Source: Mobula hypostoma
Lineage: Eukaryota
Direction of reading: 5' to 3'
NCBI RefSeq assembly: GCF_963921235.1
Contig: NC_086107.1
Location: 106,208,001-106,272,000 of the forward strand
Length of the DNA stretch: 64,000 nucleotides
Shown: positions 26,807 to 39,190 of the stretch, piece after piece
Layout: each line of letters opens with the position of its first letter
Numbering within the stretch: the stretch's first letter is position 1
Program-made: the position numbers and the translations under genes
The notes under the pieces: model-generated
Told to the model about the DNA's origin: nothing
Databases searched by the model: none
What the model saw: the letters and a program-made list of their open reading frames with translations, nothing else

Positions 26807-27557
26807 CAGGGGTCCCCAACCTTTTTTGCACTGTGGACCAGTTTAATATTGACAATATTCTTGCGGACCGGCCGACCAGGGGGGTGGGTGTTCAAGTAGG
26901 GTTAAACTCACCCCAACATGTCTTTTACAGTTAGGGTTGCCAACTTTCTCACTCCCAAATAAGGGACAAAAGTAGCAGTCAAATCCCAAGACACTTGTGT
27001 TTACCCCAGGAAAGGCTACCATGACCATGAAGCCTTGCGCGGGCACCTGTGTGCGCATGCGCGTACGTGCCAATTTTTTTCCCACAAATCAGTTTTGCCT
27101 TAATCTTCCTGACTACACTGTACATACATTATTTCTACATTATATAGGCTGTGTATTTATCTATCATTCCTGCTTTCACTATATGTTAGTGTTATTTTAG
27201 GTTTTATGTGTTATTTGGTATGATTTGGTAGGTTATTTTTTGGGTCTGGGAACGCTCAAAAATTTTTCCCATATAAATTAATGGTAATTGCTTCTTCGCT
27301 TTACGCCATTTCAGCACAAAAGGTTTCATAGGAATGTTCTACCTTAGCTGGAGAAATACGGGACAAGGGCGGTCCCGTATGGGACAAACCAATATAGCCC
27401 AATATACGAGATATCCCGGCAAATACGGGACAGTTGGCAACCCTATGTTCAAGTTCAACAGTGCGTGACAGGGAATGAGGAAAGATGCAGCTGACTCATA
27501 TCGTTTCCTCACGGACCGGTAGCACATGCTTTGCGGCCCGGTGGTTGGGGACTGCTG
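26807..27557. mobile_element. hAT (Charlie-like) non-autonomous element
   Basis: TIRs CAGGGGTCCCCAACC / GGTTGGGGACTGCTG and a perfect 8-bp TSD ATCTAAGT (26799-26806, 27558-27565). Confidence 0.9.
26897..27445. mobile_element. Nested hAT (Blackjack-like TAGGGTTGCCA termini)
   Basis: Perfect 8-bp TSD TGTTCAAG (26889-26896, 27446-27453). 14-bp inverted repeat TAGGGTTGCCAACT at 26932-26945 and 27432-27445. Confidence 0.85.
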
Positions 27558-28299
27558 ATCTAAGTGACCTTGACCATGGAAACTGTTGATTGACTTGAAT
27601 TTTCATGCACAACAGCCTCTAGAGTTACAGAGAATAGCATGAAAAACAAAACCAAAAAAAAACAACATTTTTTGGTGCCAGATAGGGTGGAACAATTGTT
27701 GGTGCCAGACGGGGTGGTTTGAGTATTTCAGAAACTGCTGACCTTTTGAGACTTTCACACACAACAGAATCTACAGAGAATGGTGAGAAAACAAAAAAAA
27801 CATCCAGTGAGCGGCAGTTCTGTGGGCGAAAACACCTTGTTAGTGAGAGAGGTCAGAGGAGAATGGCCAGACCTATTCAAGCTGACAGGAAGGCGACAGT
27901 AACTCAGATAACCTCACGATACAACAGTGGTGTGCAGGAGAGCATCTCTGAATGTACAACATATTGAACATTGAAGTGGATGGGCTACAGCAGCAGACGA
28001 CCACACTGGGCTCCACTCCTGGACCTAATAAAATGGCCACTGAGTGCACATTCAGTTACTGAGGTCCATGCCCATAGATCCCCCCAAAGTTCTCGTGCAC
28101 GTTGATAGGGTTGTTGATAAGGCACATGGTGTGTTGGCCTTCATTAGAGGATGGGGGCAGAGTTCAAAAGCCACAGAGTAATGTTATAGCTCTATAAAAC
28201 GCAAACACGAGGACATCTGCAGAATCTGGAATTTCAAGCAACACACATAAAAGTTGCCGGTGAACACAGCAGGCCAGGCAGCATCTCTAGGAAGAAGTA

Positions 28300-28336
28300 C
28301 AGTCAACGTTTCAGGCTGAGACCCTTCATCAGGACT
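28300..28336 (-). ncRNA. Minimal type I hammerhead ribozyme (Penelope-associated)
   Basis: Minus strand reads AGUC-CUGAUGA-A-GGGUCUCAGCCU-GAAAC-GUU-GACUG: core boxes, stem II and stem I AGUC/GACU. Confidence 0.75.
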
Positions 28337-29019
28337 AACTGAAAGAAGAGCTAGTAAGGGATTTGAAAGTGGGAGGGGGAGGGGGAGATCCGAAATGATA
28401 GGAGAAGACAGGAGGGGGAGGGATGGAGCCAAGAGCTGGACAGTTGATTGGCAAAGGGGATATGAGAGGATCATGGGACGCGAGGCCGAGGGAGAAAGAA
28501 AGGGGGAGGGGGAAAGCCCAGAGGATGGGCAATAACGATGGGGTACGAGGGGGAGGTGGGGCATTAACGGAAGTTAGAGAAGTCAATGTTCATGCCATCA
28601 GGTTGGAGGCTACCCAGACAGAACATAAGGTGTTGTCTATAGGAAGAAGTACAGTCAACGTTTCGGGCCGAGACCCTTCTATAGGAAGAGGTACAGTCGA
28701 CATTTCGGGCCGAGACCCTTATAACACCTTATATTCCATCTGGGTAGCCTCCAACCTGCTGGCATGAACACTGACTTCTCTAACTTCTGTTAATGCCCCA
28801 CCTCCCCCTTGTACCCCATCCATTATTGCCCATCCTCTGGATTCCCCCCACCACTTTCTTTCTCCCTCAGCCTCCCGTCCCATGATCCTCTCATATCCCT
28901 TTTGCCAATCAACTGTCCAGCTCTTGGCTCCATCCCTCCCCCTCCTGTCTTCTCCTATCATTTCGGATCTCCCCCTCCCCCTCCCACTTTCAAATCTCTC
29001 ACTAGCTCTTCTTTCAGTT

Positions 29020-29056
29020 ACTCCTGACGAAGGGTCTCAGCCCGAAACGTCGACTG
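29020..29056 (+). ncRNA. Minimal type I hammerhead ribozyme (Penelope-associated)
   Basis: ACUC-CUGACGA-A-GGGUCUCAGCCC-GAAAC-GUC-GACUG. Core intact with a GUC triplet; one mismatch in stem I. Confidence 0.75.
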
Positions 29057-30712
29057 TACCTCTTCCTAGAGATGCTGCCTGGCCTGCTGCGTTCACCAGC
29101 AAATTTTATGTGTGTAGCTCTATAAAACCCTGGTTAGACCACACTTGAAATATTGTGTTCAGTTCTGTTCACCTCATTGTAGGAAGGATTCAGAAGCTTT
29201 AGGGAGGCTGCAGAGGAGACTTACCAGGATTCTACCTGGATTAAAGAGCACGTCTTAGGATAATAGGGTGAGTGAGCTAAAACTTTTCTCTCTAAAGTGA
29301 AGGAGGATGAGAGGTGACTTGATTGAGATGTACCAAATATTAGTAAATATAGATCAAGTGGGCAGACAAATATTTTTTCTCTCCCAGGGTGCAAATGACT
29401 AATATGAAAGAGCATAATTTTAAGGTGATTTGAGGAAATTACAGGGAGGATTGACAGAGATAAGGTTTTTACACAGAGGTGTGTGGAGAGTACTGCCAGT
29501 GGTGATGGTAGAGGCAGATGCATTAGGGACATTTTCGAGCCTGTTAGATGGGCAGCTGGATGATAGAAAAATGGGGAAGGGAAGGGTCCTGCCGAAGGGT
29601 TTTGCCCTGAAACGTTGACTGTACTTTGTCCGTAGATGCTGCCTGGCCTGCTGAGTTCCTCCAGCACTTTGTGTGTGTCGCTTTGGATTTCCGGCATCTG
29701 CGGATTTTCTCTTGTTGGTGAGGGAAGGGTTAGATTGATCTCAGAGTAGGTTAAAGATCGGCACAACATCCTGGGCCAAAGGGCCTGTACTGCGCTTACT
29801 GTACTGTGTGCCATGTTGCCATGGCATTGGTACATTTGATTTCAGGAGTGAGTTCCGTCTTTAAAGTTCAAGCCTCTCTTAAATAATACATGACAGGATG
29901 CCAAATAAAGATTTTAAATCACCTGTAGAGATCATTTCCTCTTTCAACCCAGTGCTACAATCCTGGACACCTTTGGTGGCTGGCTCTGAGCTTCAATAAC
30001 CCAATGCACATTCACCCTGTGGATGCCTTGTGATTCTGTCCAGCCTGCCGTGAGGGACTCGTGTCCTGAGTCACCAGAGCTTTTCCCCCACTGATGAGGG
30101 GCACAAGTCAGGGGTATAATGGAACATGCTCCCTCTCCTTGTGTACAGCTGCCGCAGGAAACTCAGTATGGCCTGGACAGAGAGTCCACCTGGCTTGCAC
30201 CCATCCTCAGATGTGACAGCATCCCTCCTGAAGGATGATCTCAGCTCAGCCTCAGGGCCTGAAACGACAGGGTCCTCGGAGACTGTGGTTGTTCATGATG
30301 GCTCCCCCATGTTTTGACGGTCAAAACGAGCATAGGAGACATTGATGTCATTTGGAAGTGAAGCCTTGTTGCCACCTATGTCGCTTGGTTTCACTTTGTA
30401 AGGGGTGATAGCATTCAAGCCCTGTCAAGCATCCTTCATTCATTCAAGGTTAGTTTGGAATTGCCCGTGAGATAGCTCTGGTTTCTTCCCACATCCCAAG
30501 TACATGCGGGTTGGTAGATTAATTGGTTAGGGTAAAACACCTCTAGTGTGGGTAGATGGTGGGAGATGTGTGGGAAAATAGGCTGTAAAAAAATAGGTGG
30601 GGGTGGAATTTGGTTTTTCATTGATTAAACTGTAATTCTTTGTTCTACTGTGAATGCCTGCTAGAAAATATATCTCAGAGTTGCATATGGTAACATATAG
30701 GTACTTTGAGAA

Positions 30713-31505
30713 CACTGGACAGCAAAGATTTTTCTTCCTGATTATTTTTGGGTGTATATTATGGATTTTGGGCTGCTGATCATGAAAATCACCATGAAAT
30801 TTTCTTACCATGCACAATTTTTCTGAAACCATCTACATTTGTTATTTCAATTCATAAATCAGGTCAGAATAATTGATGCCAAGATTAAGGAAGATGATTT
30901 GGTTGGTCCACAAGTCTAACAGGTCATCAATGACAGGCAATTCAAAGAACTTCTAATGGGACTGGAGAAAATCGCATGGAAGGCATTCAAAGATGTGTTG
31001 AAAAGTTTCTTGGCACCAGTCTACATGCAGCTGGTTGGCAACACGCTTCAAGCATACAAAACCATGAAGTGCAACATGCCACTAAAAATTCACTTTCTGT
31101 ATTTCCATTTAGACTTCTTCCCTGCAAATCTGGCGCTGTCAGTGACGAGCATGGTGAAAGGTTTCACCATGACATCCTGGTCATGGAGAAACGACATCAG
31201 GGCAACTGGAATCCATCAATACTGGCTGATTATTGTTGGACACTTAAGCGAGAAGCCTCGGGCACTGAGCACAAATGAAAATCATCAACAAAACATTTTT
31301 AGCTTAGTTGAACTATTGCAAAACATCAACACCATTATGCAATTAAACATATCATATTCAATAAAAAGCTAATTTCTTGTTTCTCCAAATCCCTATGTGA
31401 TACAAGTAATCTGAAATTATATTTGTGTTTGGCTTCAAGCAGTCTATCATAAACATTAAACATTTCTGAGGAAGCAACACTTTTGGAAAAATTTGGTGTC
31501 CAATA
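30713..31505 (+). mobile_element. Chapaev3-like (CMC) DNA transposon, internally deleted
   Basis: Frameshifted transposase C-terminus IAWKAFKDV...CNMPLKIHFLYFHLDFFPANL / GAVSDEHGERFHHDILVMEKRHQGNWNPSILADYCWTLKRE. Imperfect TIRs CACTGGACAGCAAA / TTTGGTGTCCAATA. Confidence 0.75.
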
Positions 31506-31529
31506 TTATCAGCAAAAGCTTCCTCCCCT

Positions 31530-31790
31530 ACAGCAGGAGGTACGGTGGCCCAGCAAGAGCATCTGGTTCGATCCTGACCTCCAGTACTGTCCGTGTGGAG
31601 TCTGCATGTTCTCCCTGTGACTGGGTGGGCTTACTCCAGGCGCTCCAGTTTCCTGCCACATCCCAAAGGCGTGCAGGTCGGCAGCTTAATTGGCTGCTGT
31701 GATTTGCCCCTAGTGTGTAGCTGAATAACATAATCTGGGGGAGATGATGGGAATGTGGGGAGGATTTTAAATGGGACTGTAGAATTATAG
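31530..31790 (+). mobile_element. tRNA-derived SINE, HE1/V-SINE-like
   Basis: B-box-like GGTTCGATCC followed by the V-domain-like GTGTGGAGTCTGCATGTTCTCCCTGTGACT...CCACATCCCAAAG. Further fragments near 14920, 15480, 30470, 37740 and 48860. Confidence 0.75.
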
Positions 31791-31829
31791 AATCATAGAA
31801 ATCTACAGCACATTGCAGGCCCTTCAACT

Positions 31830-32295
31830 CGAGGTGTTGCCTGGATTAGAAAGCATGTCTTATGAGAATAGGTTGAGTGAACTTGGACTTTTCTCCTTGG
31901 AGTGACAGAGGATGAGAGGTGACCTGATAGAGGTGTATAAGAAGAGGAGAGGCATTGATAGTGTGGATAGCCAGAGGCTTTTTCCCCAGGACTGAAATGG
32001 CTAACACGAGGGGACATAGTTTTAAGGTGCTTGGAAGTAGGTACAGAGGGGATGCCAGAGGTAAGTGTTTCACACAGAGAGTGGTGGGTCATGGAATACA
32101 CTGCCGGCGATGGTGGTGGAGGGGGATACAATAGAGTCTTTTCAGAGACTCTTAGATAGGTACATGGAGTTTAGAAAAATAGAGGGCTATGCGGTAGGGA
32201 AATTCTAGGCAGTTTCTAGAGTAGGATACATGGTCAGCACAACATTGTGGGCCGAAGGGCCTGTAATGTGCTGTAGGTTTCTATGTTCTATGTTA
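31830..32295 (+). mobile_element. CR1 3' fragment
   Basis: LPGLESMSYENRLSELGLFSLE..RMRGDLIEVYK and a TTCTATG tail. Confidence 0.85.
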
Positions 32296-32569
32296 ACTCT
32301 ATGTCGGTGACAGTTCAAGATGGCAGCTCAGCCCCATCAACCCAAGGAAAGTTAGGCAAGGATATAAAATGCCAATCTAGCAAGAGACTCCCATGTCTGT
32401 TTGGATGAGGGCAAAAATATATCATGTTATAAACTCTGAGATAGATGTTATGGGTTCTTTTATAAGAGCTGGAACAGGGTTAACAGGAAAGCTGTTATGG
32501 GACCGGGCACTGGTCTCAGCTAGCTCGTTGCTGCTTGGGACGTCTTACTGTAAGAAAATGGCTGATATG

Positions 32570-33121
32570 CACTCAGTGGCTGCTTCATCGGGTTCACCTG
32601 TACACCATCTCGTTAATGTAAATATCTTAATCAGCTAATCACGTGGCAGCAACTCAATGCATAAAAGCATGCAGACATGGTCAAGAGGTTCAGCTGTTGT
32701 TCAGCCCAAACATCAGAATGAGAAAGAAATGTGATCTAAGGGACTTTGACCGTGGAATGATTGTCGATGCCAGACTGGATGATCTGAGTATCTCAGAAAC
32801 TGCTGATCCCCTGGGAGTTTTAAGCACAACAGTCCCTACAGTTTACAGAGACCGGTGAAAAAAAATGAAAAAAAAACATCCAGTGAATGGCAGTTCTGTG
32901 GATGAAAACATTTTTTTTTAATGAGAGAGGTCAGAGGAGAATGACAAGAGTGGTTCAAGATACCAGGAAAGTGACAGTAACTCAAATAACCATGGGTTAC
33001 AACAGTGGTGAACAGAAGATCTCTGAATGCACAACACATCCAACCGTGACGTGGATGGGCCACAGCAGCAGAAGATCACACCAAGTTCCACTCCTGCACC
33101 TAATAAAGTGGTCACTGGGTG
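32570..33121 (+). mobile_element. Tc1-family deletion derivative
   Basis: MRKKCDLRDFDRGMIVDAR..LSISETAD, with both termini CACTCAGTGGC / AATAAAGTGGTCACTGGGTG. Confidence 0.88.
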
Positions 33122-34864
33122 TAGATCGTATTTTATTCTGATAACAATATACCATTAGCTGGGAATTGCTTTAGAGTTGTTGAATCCCAACAGTAGTTTT
33201 CCGGCCAGTGCCCTGAATACAGGATTAGAGAATGTCAGCGGCCATTGTAAATCAACAAAATTCCACAGGCACATTTAATCCAAAGGTTCAAAGATTCAAA
33301 GTACATTTATTACTAAAGTGTGTATGGAGTATACCACCCTGAAATCCATCCTCCCCACGGATAGTCACAAGACAAAGAAGAACAGTGGAACCAACCCACC
33401 CAAAGAGAAACATCACACATCAAATGCACAAAGGACAACATAAAAAGAGCAAAAACACAGAATATAAAACACAAAATCAAAAGGCATATTTCAGTTCAGT
33501 TCAGCTCAGTGTCCACGGTGAGATCTGAATTTTATGCAAATTCAAAGCTGAAGGGAAATGTTTCTGTGCGCCACAAATTCAGCAAATTGCTATCTTGTTA
33601 ACATACCTTGATTTAAATATTACACTCTGACACCATCGTAAATTCTACCAGTGTATTCCTCAATGGTGCTTTCAGTTCATTATCTGCCTTTGCTGCAGCT
33701 CAGGTACTAAAGCCCATCTCCTTTTAACTTCATGCTTGTCGCTCCTAAAGCCTTTGCACTCCACTTTGCAGCCCCCAAAGCCTCCACTTTGTTCAAACTG
33801 ATCCACCTTGGCAAACGTTGGAGACAACCACATTCCTTTGGGGTAAGAGTCAAATATACAGATGGAACTATATTAGGGCTGGTATGTGTGGCGACACTTG
33901 CGATGTACTCCATCACATTCGGATGTGTTGGTTGTTGAAGCAAATGACGCCGTTTACTGTATGATTTGCTCCATGGGTGATAAATAATCTTGTATCTTGT
34001 AACATAGATTACTTTTCACCCTCGTAATCACGTCTTCCAGCCTCATTTTTCACGTAGGCTTTAAGACCATAGGCAAAGGAACAGAATCAGGCCACTCAGC
34101 CTGTCAAGTCTAGCCGTGCTTCTAACTATGATGTCCATTTCTTTGACTCTTTGCCATTGAGGGTTCTGGATTCCTCCCCCTTCCAAAGCTCTCTAACTTG
34201 ACCTTTCTCCCCTGTCAGAAACTGGCTACAAAACCACTCCTTGTGGGAACGTTGACAACTGCAACACCAGAAGGTTGAAGAGATGCATCCTCCATAGACG
34301 CTGCCTGACCTGCTGAATTACTCCAGTATTGTGTGTGTGTTGAAATACCAGTACCTTGAGGTCCTGAGGTTCCCAAAGATTTGGGGATGTAATCTAAAAT
34401 CCCTCCATGACATGAGGTGCATTACTTATGCTAAACTTCCTTACTAAAATACACAAGACCATTCAGCCCATTGAGTCCATACTGGCTCTCAAAAGAGTAA
34501 TCCTGTCAATAATATTTCCCCCTCTTACTTCCCTGCAGATCTATAACCTATTCTTCCTCACATTCCCATTAGCACCCCACACCTCCCCCCCCCCATTTCT
34601 TTTACCAATGACTGTGTTGTTGTTTTCACACCAAACATCAGAATGGGGAAGAATTGGTCATGTCTGTATGCGTTCATGCTTTAAGTTGCTGTTATATGCT
34701 TGGCTGATTCGATATTTGCATTAATGAGCAGGTGTGCAGGTAGTACCTAATAAAATGGCCACTGACTCCATACCCAAATGAATGTGGTTGACTCTTAACT
34801 GCCTCCTGATATGACCTAGCAAGTTATTCTGAAGGTCAACCATTTTATTAAAGCCATAGAAAGA

Positions 34865-35703
34865 CTAAACATAGATAAAAACATAGAAAATAGGTGCAGG
34901 AGTAGGCCATTCGGCCCTTCGAGCCTGCCACCGCCATTCAGTATGATCATGGCTGATCATCCAACTCAGAACTCTGTACCAGCCTTCCCCCCATACCCCC
35001 GATCCCTTTAGCCACAAGGGCGACATCTAACTCCCTCTTAAATATAGCCAGTGAACTGGCCTCAACTGTTTCCTGTGGCAGAGAATTCCACAGATTCACC
35101 ACTCTCTGTGTGAAGAAGTTTTTCCTAATCTTGGTCCTAAAAGGCTTCCCCTTTATCCTCAAACTGTGACCCCTCGTTCTGGACTTCCCCAACATCGGGA
35201 ACCTTCCTGCATCTAGGCTGTCCAATCCCTTTAGGATTTTATACGTTTCAATAAGATCCTCCCTCAATCTTCTAAATTCCAACCAGTATAAGCCTAGTTG
35301 ATCCAGTCTTTCATCATATGAAAGTCCTGCCATCCCAGGAATCAATCTGGTGAACCTTCTTTGTACTCCCTCTATGGCAAGGATGTCTTTCCTCAGATTA
35401 GGGGACCAAAACTGCACACAATACTCCAGGTGTGGTCTCACCAAGGCCTTGTACAACTGCAGTAGTACCTCCCTGCTCCTGTACCCGAATCCTCTTGCTA
35501 TGAGTGCCAGCATACCATTCGCCTTTTTCACCGCCTGCTGTACCTGCATGCCCACTTTCAATGACAGGTGTATAATGACACCCAGGTCTCGTTGCACCTC
35601 CCCTTTTCCTAATCGGCCACCATTCAGATAATAATCTGTTTTCCTGTCCTTGCCACCAAAGTGGATAACCTTACATTTATTCACATTAAATTGCATCTGT
35701 CAT
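34865..35703 (-). mobile_element. Relatively young CR1 LINE 3' fragment
   Basis: 249-aa ORF MQFNVNKCKVIHFG...LYKALVRPHLEYCVQFWSP...WNSLP. Its 3' end is nearly identical to 62890-63203. Confidence 0.95.
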
Positions 35704-36774
35704 GAATGACTATGTAGGCCATTTTACATTGACATCAGCACAGACTCGGGCACTGGAAACTTTCTCCAGCTGGCTCTATCTCTCAAAGTTCTCCCCACAA
35801 ACATCGGGGGTTTGTTCTTCAAACACTCTCACAGACTCTTAACCCTGTCAGAGTCTCACCTTCAAGGTCTCAGAACTCTTTAATGTATTCTACTGATAGG
35901 ACAGACCAACCAGAGAGCCATGTTGGCAAACAATTGAAAGTAATGGCCTTGGACTCGTAATGTTGTCTCAAGACCCAATGGATCAAAAGTAGAAACAGAC
36001 AAAGAAGTCTTCCACAGGTCACCATTTACCGTCCTCCCTGAGCTGAGGAATCATTATCCAACCTGTTCAGAGTTCAGAGTAATTTTGTTATCGAAGTTTG
36101 TTCATTCTTTACCGAGTCGTACGATGTGGGCAATCATGGCTTTTCCACGACCATGATTGTTCTTGGCAAATTTTTCGACAGAAGTGGTTTTGCCATCGCC
36201 TTCTTCTGGGCAGTGTCTTTACAAGATGGGTGACCCCAGCCATTATCAATACTCTACAGAGATTGTCTGCCTGGCGTCAGTCGTCGCATAACCAGGACTT
36301 GTGATCTGCACCGGCTGCTCATACGACCATCCATCACCTAGTTCCATGGCTTCACGTGACCCTGATCGAGTTGGGGGGGTAGGGTGGGGCTAAGCAGGTG
36401 TACCCTCTTGCCCAAGGGTGACCTGCAGGCTTGTGGAGGGAAGGAGTGCCTTGCACCTCCTTTGGTAGAGGCAGAGTAGAGACATATTTCAAAACTGCCA
36501 CCCCATTATTAAGCTACATACCATATACTACCCTGTGATTTATTTTCTTGTGGGCATTCACAGTAAATACAAAGAAACACAATTAAATCATTGAAAAATT
36601 ACACACAAAGTCGTTGGACACACTCTACACAGAGACTGATATCTATCACCAAAGGTGGTGTGGTTTCAGCACCATGGATGTCTTAAACGATGTGGCTGTC
36701 ATGGTGCCTTTTCAGCAGGAGTACGAGATTCAATGCAAAGACTAAACCCAGCTGACATCATTTTGATCATTCTC

Positions 36775-37350
36775 ATAAACACAACGAGATTCTGCAGATG
36801 CCTGAAATCTTCAGCAACACTCACAGAATGCTGGAGGAACCCTGCAGCTCAGGCAGCACCTACAAAGGGGAGTAAACAGTAGGTGTTTCAGGCTGAGACG
36901 GTTCATCGGGACTGAAAAGAAAGGGGAGCCGAAGCCAGAAAAATAAGGTGACGGGAGGAGAAGGAGTACAAGCTGGCGGGTGATAGGTGACACCAGGTGG
37001 GTGGGTGGGGGACGGACCTGAAATAAGAAGGTAGGAGGGGATAGCTGGAGGAAGTAAAGCGCTGAACGAGAAGGAATCTAAGAGGAGAGGCCAGTTGATA
37101 ACAGAAGAAAGGGAAGGAGGAGGGGCACCAGAGAGAGGTAACAGGCAGGTGAGGAGAGAAGGGGTGAGAGGGTAAACAGAATGGGGAGTGAAGAAGGAGA
37201 GAATGAGGGAGGGAGGAGAAATGACCAGAAACTAGAGGAATTAACATTCATGTAATCAGGTTGGAGGCTACCCAGACAGAATATACGGTGCTGCTCCTCT
37301 AACTTAAATTTGGCCTTATAGTGGCAGTAGAGGAGGCAATGGATGGACAT
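36775..37350 (-). mobile_element. Penelope-like element 3' fragment
   Basis: KLEEQHRIFCLGSLQPDYMNVNSS and a degenerate hammerhead at about 36877-36913. Confidence 0.8.
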
Positions 37351-38559
37351 TCACCAGTCTACCAGCTACAAAGACATTTGTATTAGCTGAAGTCACCCTA
37401 TACAGTCTTAAAGGTGTAACTCCCCTATTCAAACTGAGGACAGTCTCCACGTTATGTAGTACCACTATCACACTGAGTTGAATGAATTCAGCAGCTCAAA
37501 ACTGGGCGTCCATGAGGTACTGTGTAGTTTCTGCAGCACCACAATACATGTAGCCTGAGACCTCTATTAGTAAGACTAAAGATTAGCTTTATTTGTCACA
37601 TATACTTTGAAAAATCAAAACTTACCGTGAAATGTATCGTTTGTGTTAACAACCGATATAGTCCGATAACGTGCTGGGGGCAGCCCGCAGGCATCGGCAT
37701 GCTTCCAATGCCAACGTGGCATGCCCACAACTTCCTAACCCTAACCCGTATGTCTTAGCAATGTGGAAACCAGAGAGCCCATAAGAAACCATGTAGTCAC
37801 TGGGAGATCAGGCAAACTCTTTACAGACAGTGGCAGCAATTTACCTCGAGCTCAACTGCTGGCACTGCAAAGTGTTGAGCTAATTGTTCCAACCCCGTAT
37901 ATCTCTGATACTATCAATATAATCAGGCCAAGATTCCAACCCTGGTTTAATAAAGAATGTTGAAGAACTTGCAGTGAGTAAAGCCAGGCCCTACCTAATA
38001 ATGGAGCCCCTAACCAATGAGGGTACAACACACGGGGTATTGACAAAGTAACCAAGAAAAGTAAACATGCAATAGACAAAGCTAAGAGATCCTATAGTCA
38101 ACAGATCAGGAAAAAAAAGATCAATAGCTGTCCACTCAACCTATGCCTTTGTCATCTTCTACATTTCTATTGAGTCATCTGTCATCCTCCTTCACTCCAA
38201 CGGGAAAAGCCAAAGATCTCTCAACCTATCCTCGTAAGACATGCTACCCAATCGGGGCAGTGACCTAGTGAATCTCCTCTACACCCTCTCTAAAGCTTCC
38301 ACATCCTTCCCGTAATGATGTGACCACAACAGAACACGATATTCTAATCAGGGTTTTATTGAACTGCAGTGTAATCTCTCTGCTTCACTTCATAAAACCC
38401 TAGATCCACTCATGAATTCCAGAAGTGTTATCAGGACCGTGGTATTAAGGAGCCCAGAGGATCTGAAGTCCACAATAATCAGGAGCACTAATTCTACAAT
38501 GGGTGAAATCATACCAAGAATTGAAGATGAGGCAACACTTAACCTCTGAATCTGCTGGA

Positions 38560-39190
38560 GTTGTCCATTGTGTCCAGACCTCCTGATGCATCCCCCTCTA
38601 CATTGGTGAGACCCATCGTAAATTGGAGGGCTGCTTTGTCGAGCAACTCTGCACCATCCACCACAAGTGGGACTTCCCATTGGCCAAACATTTTAATTCT
38701 GATTCCTATTCCTGTTCTGACATGTCAATCCATGACTTCCTCTTGTGCCAGGTTAAAGCCACCCTCAGGGGGGAGGAGCAACACCTTATATTCTGTCTGG
38801 GTACCCTCCAAAGTGATGGCATGAATATCGATTTCTCCTTCCAGTAAACAAATTTCCCCGCCCCTCCTCTATTCCCCAGTCTGAACTTTCACTGTATCTC
38901 ACCTGCCTATTACTTCCTCTTCATCCTTCCTTTTCTCCTATTGTCCACTCTCCTTTCCTATCAGATTCCTTCCTCTCCAGTCCTTGATCTTTCCCACCCA
39001 CCTGGCTTCACCTATCACCTATCACCTTCCAGCTAGCCTCTTTCTCCTCCCCCCTCACCTTTTTATTCAAGCATCTTCCGACTTCCTTCTCAGTCCCAGT
39101 GAGGGGCCTCAACCCGAAACATTGACTGCTTACTCTTTTCCATAGATGCTGCCTAACCTGCTGAGTTCCTCCAGCTTTTTTGTGTGGTGC
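38560..39190 (+). mobile_element. Penelope-like element, GIY-YIG endonuclease end plus 3' UTR
   Basis: C...LYIGETHRK...AKHFNS...EEQHLIFCLGTLQSDGMNIDFS. Confidence 0.85.

Larger units (their letters stand above)
26660..28048 (+). mobile_element. Tc1-family deletion derivative interrupted by a hAT element
   Basis: ORF 27719..27967 SISETADLL...GRKHLVSERGQRRMAR.IQADRKATVTQITSRYNSG is a Tc1 HTH region. TIR CCTAATAAAATGGCCACTGAGTG. Confidence 0.88.
28201..29114. mobile_element. Inverted-repeat Penelope-like element with arms of about 400 bp
   Basis: Arms at about 28240-28635 and 28720-29114 are reverse complements. HLIFHLGSLQPAGMNTDFS endonuclease tail. TSD TAGCTCTATAAAAC (28187-28200, 29115-29128). 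Confidence 0.88.
28060..29815 (+). mobile_element. CR1 3' fragment split by Penelope-derived insertions
   Basis: The VML.LYKTLVRPHLKYCVQF reading resumes after the 28201-29114 insert. Confidence 0.8.

Noticed and set aside
33606..33943. Candidate NPTXR exon 2 (AG acceptor near 33835, GT donor near 33606)
   Set aside because: All three frames hit stops before the donor, and none resembles the NPTXR coiled coil convincingly.
38350..38401. Short hairpin AGGGTTTTAT...ATAAAACCCT
   Set aside because: The left arm is part of a CR1 fragment. The stem is too short and unsupported for a miRNA or MITE call.
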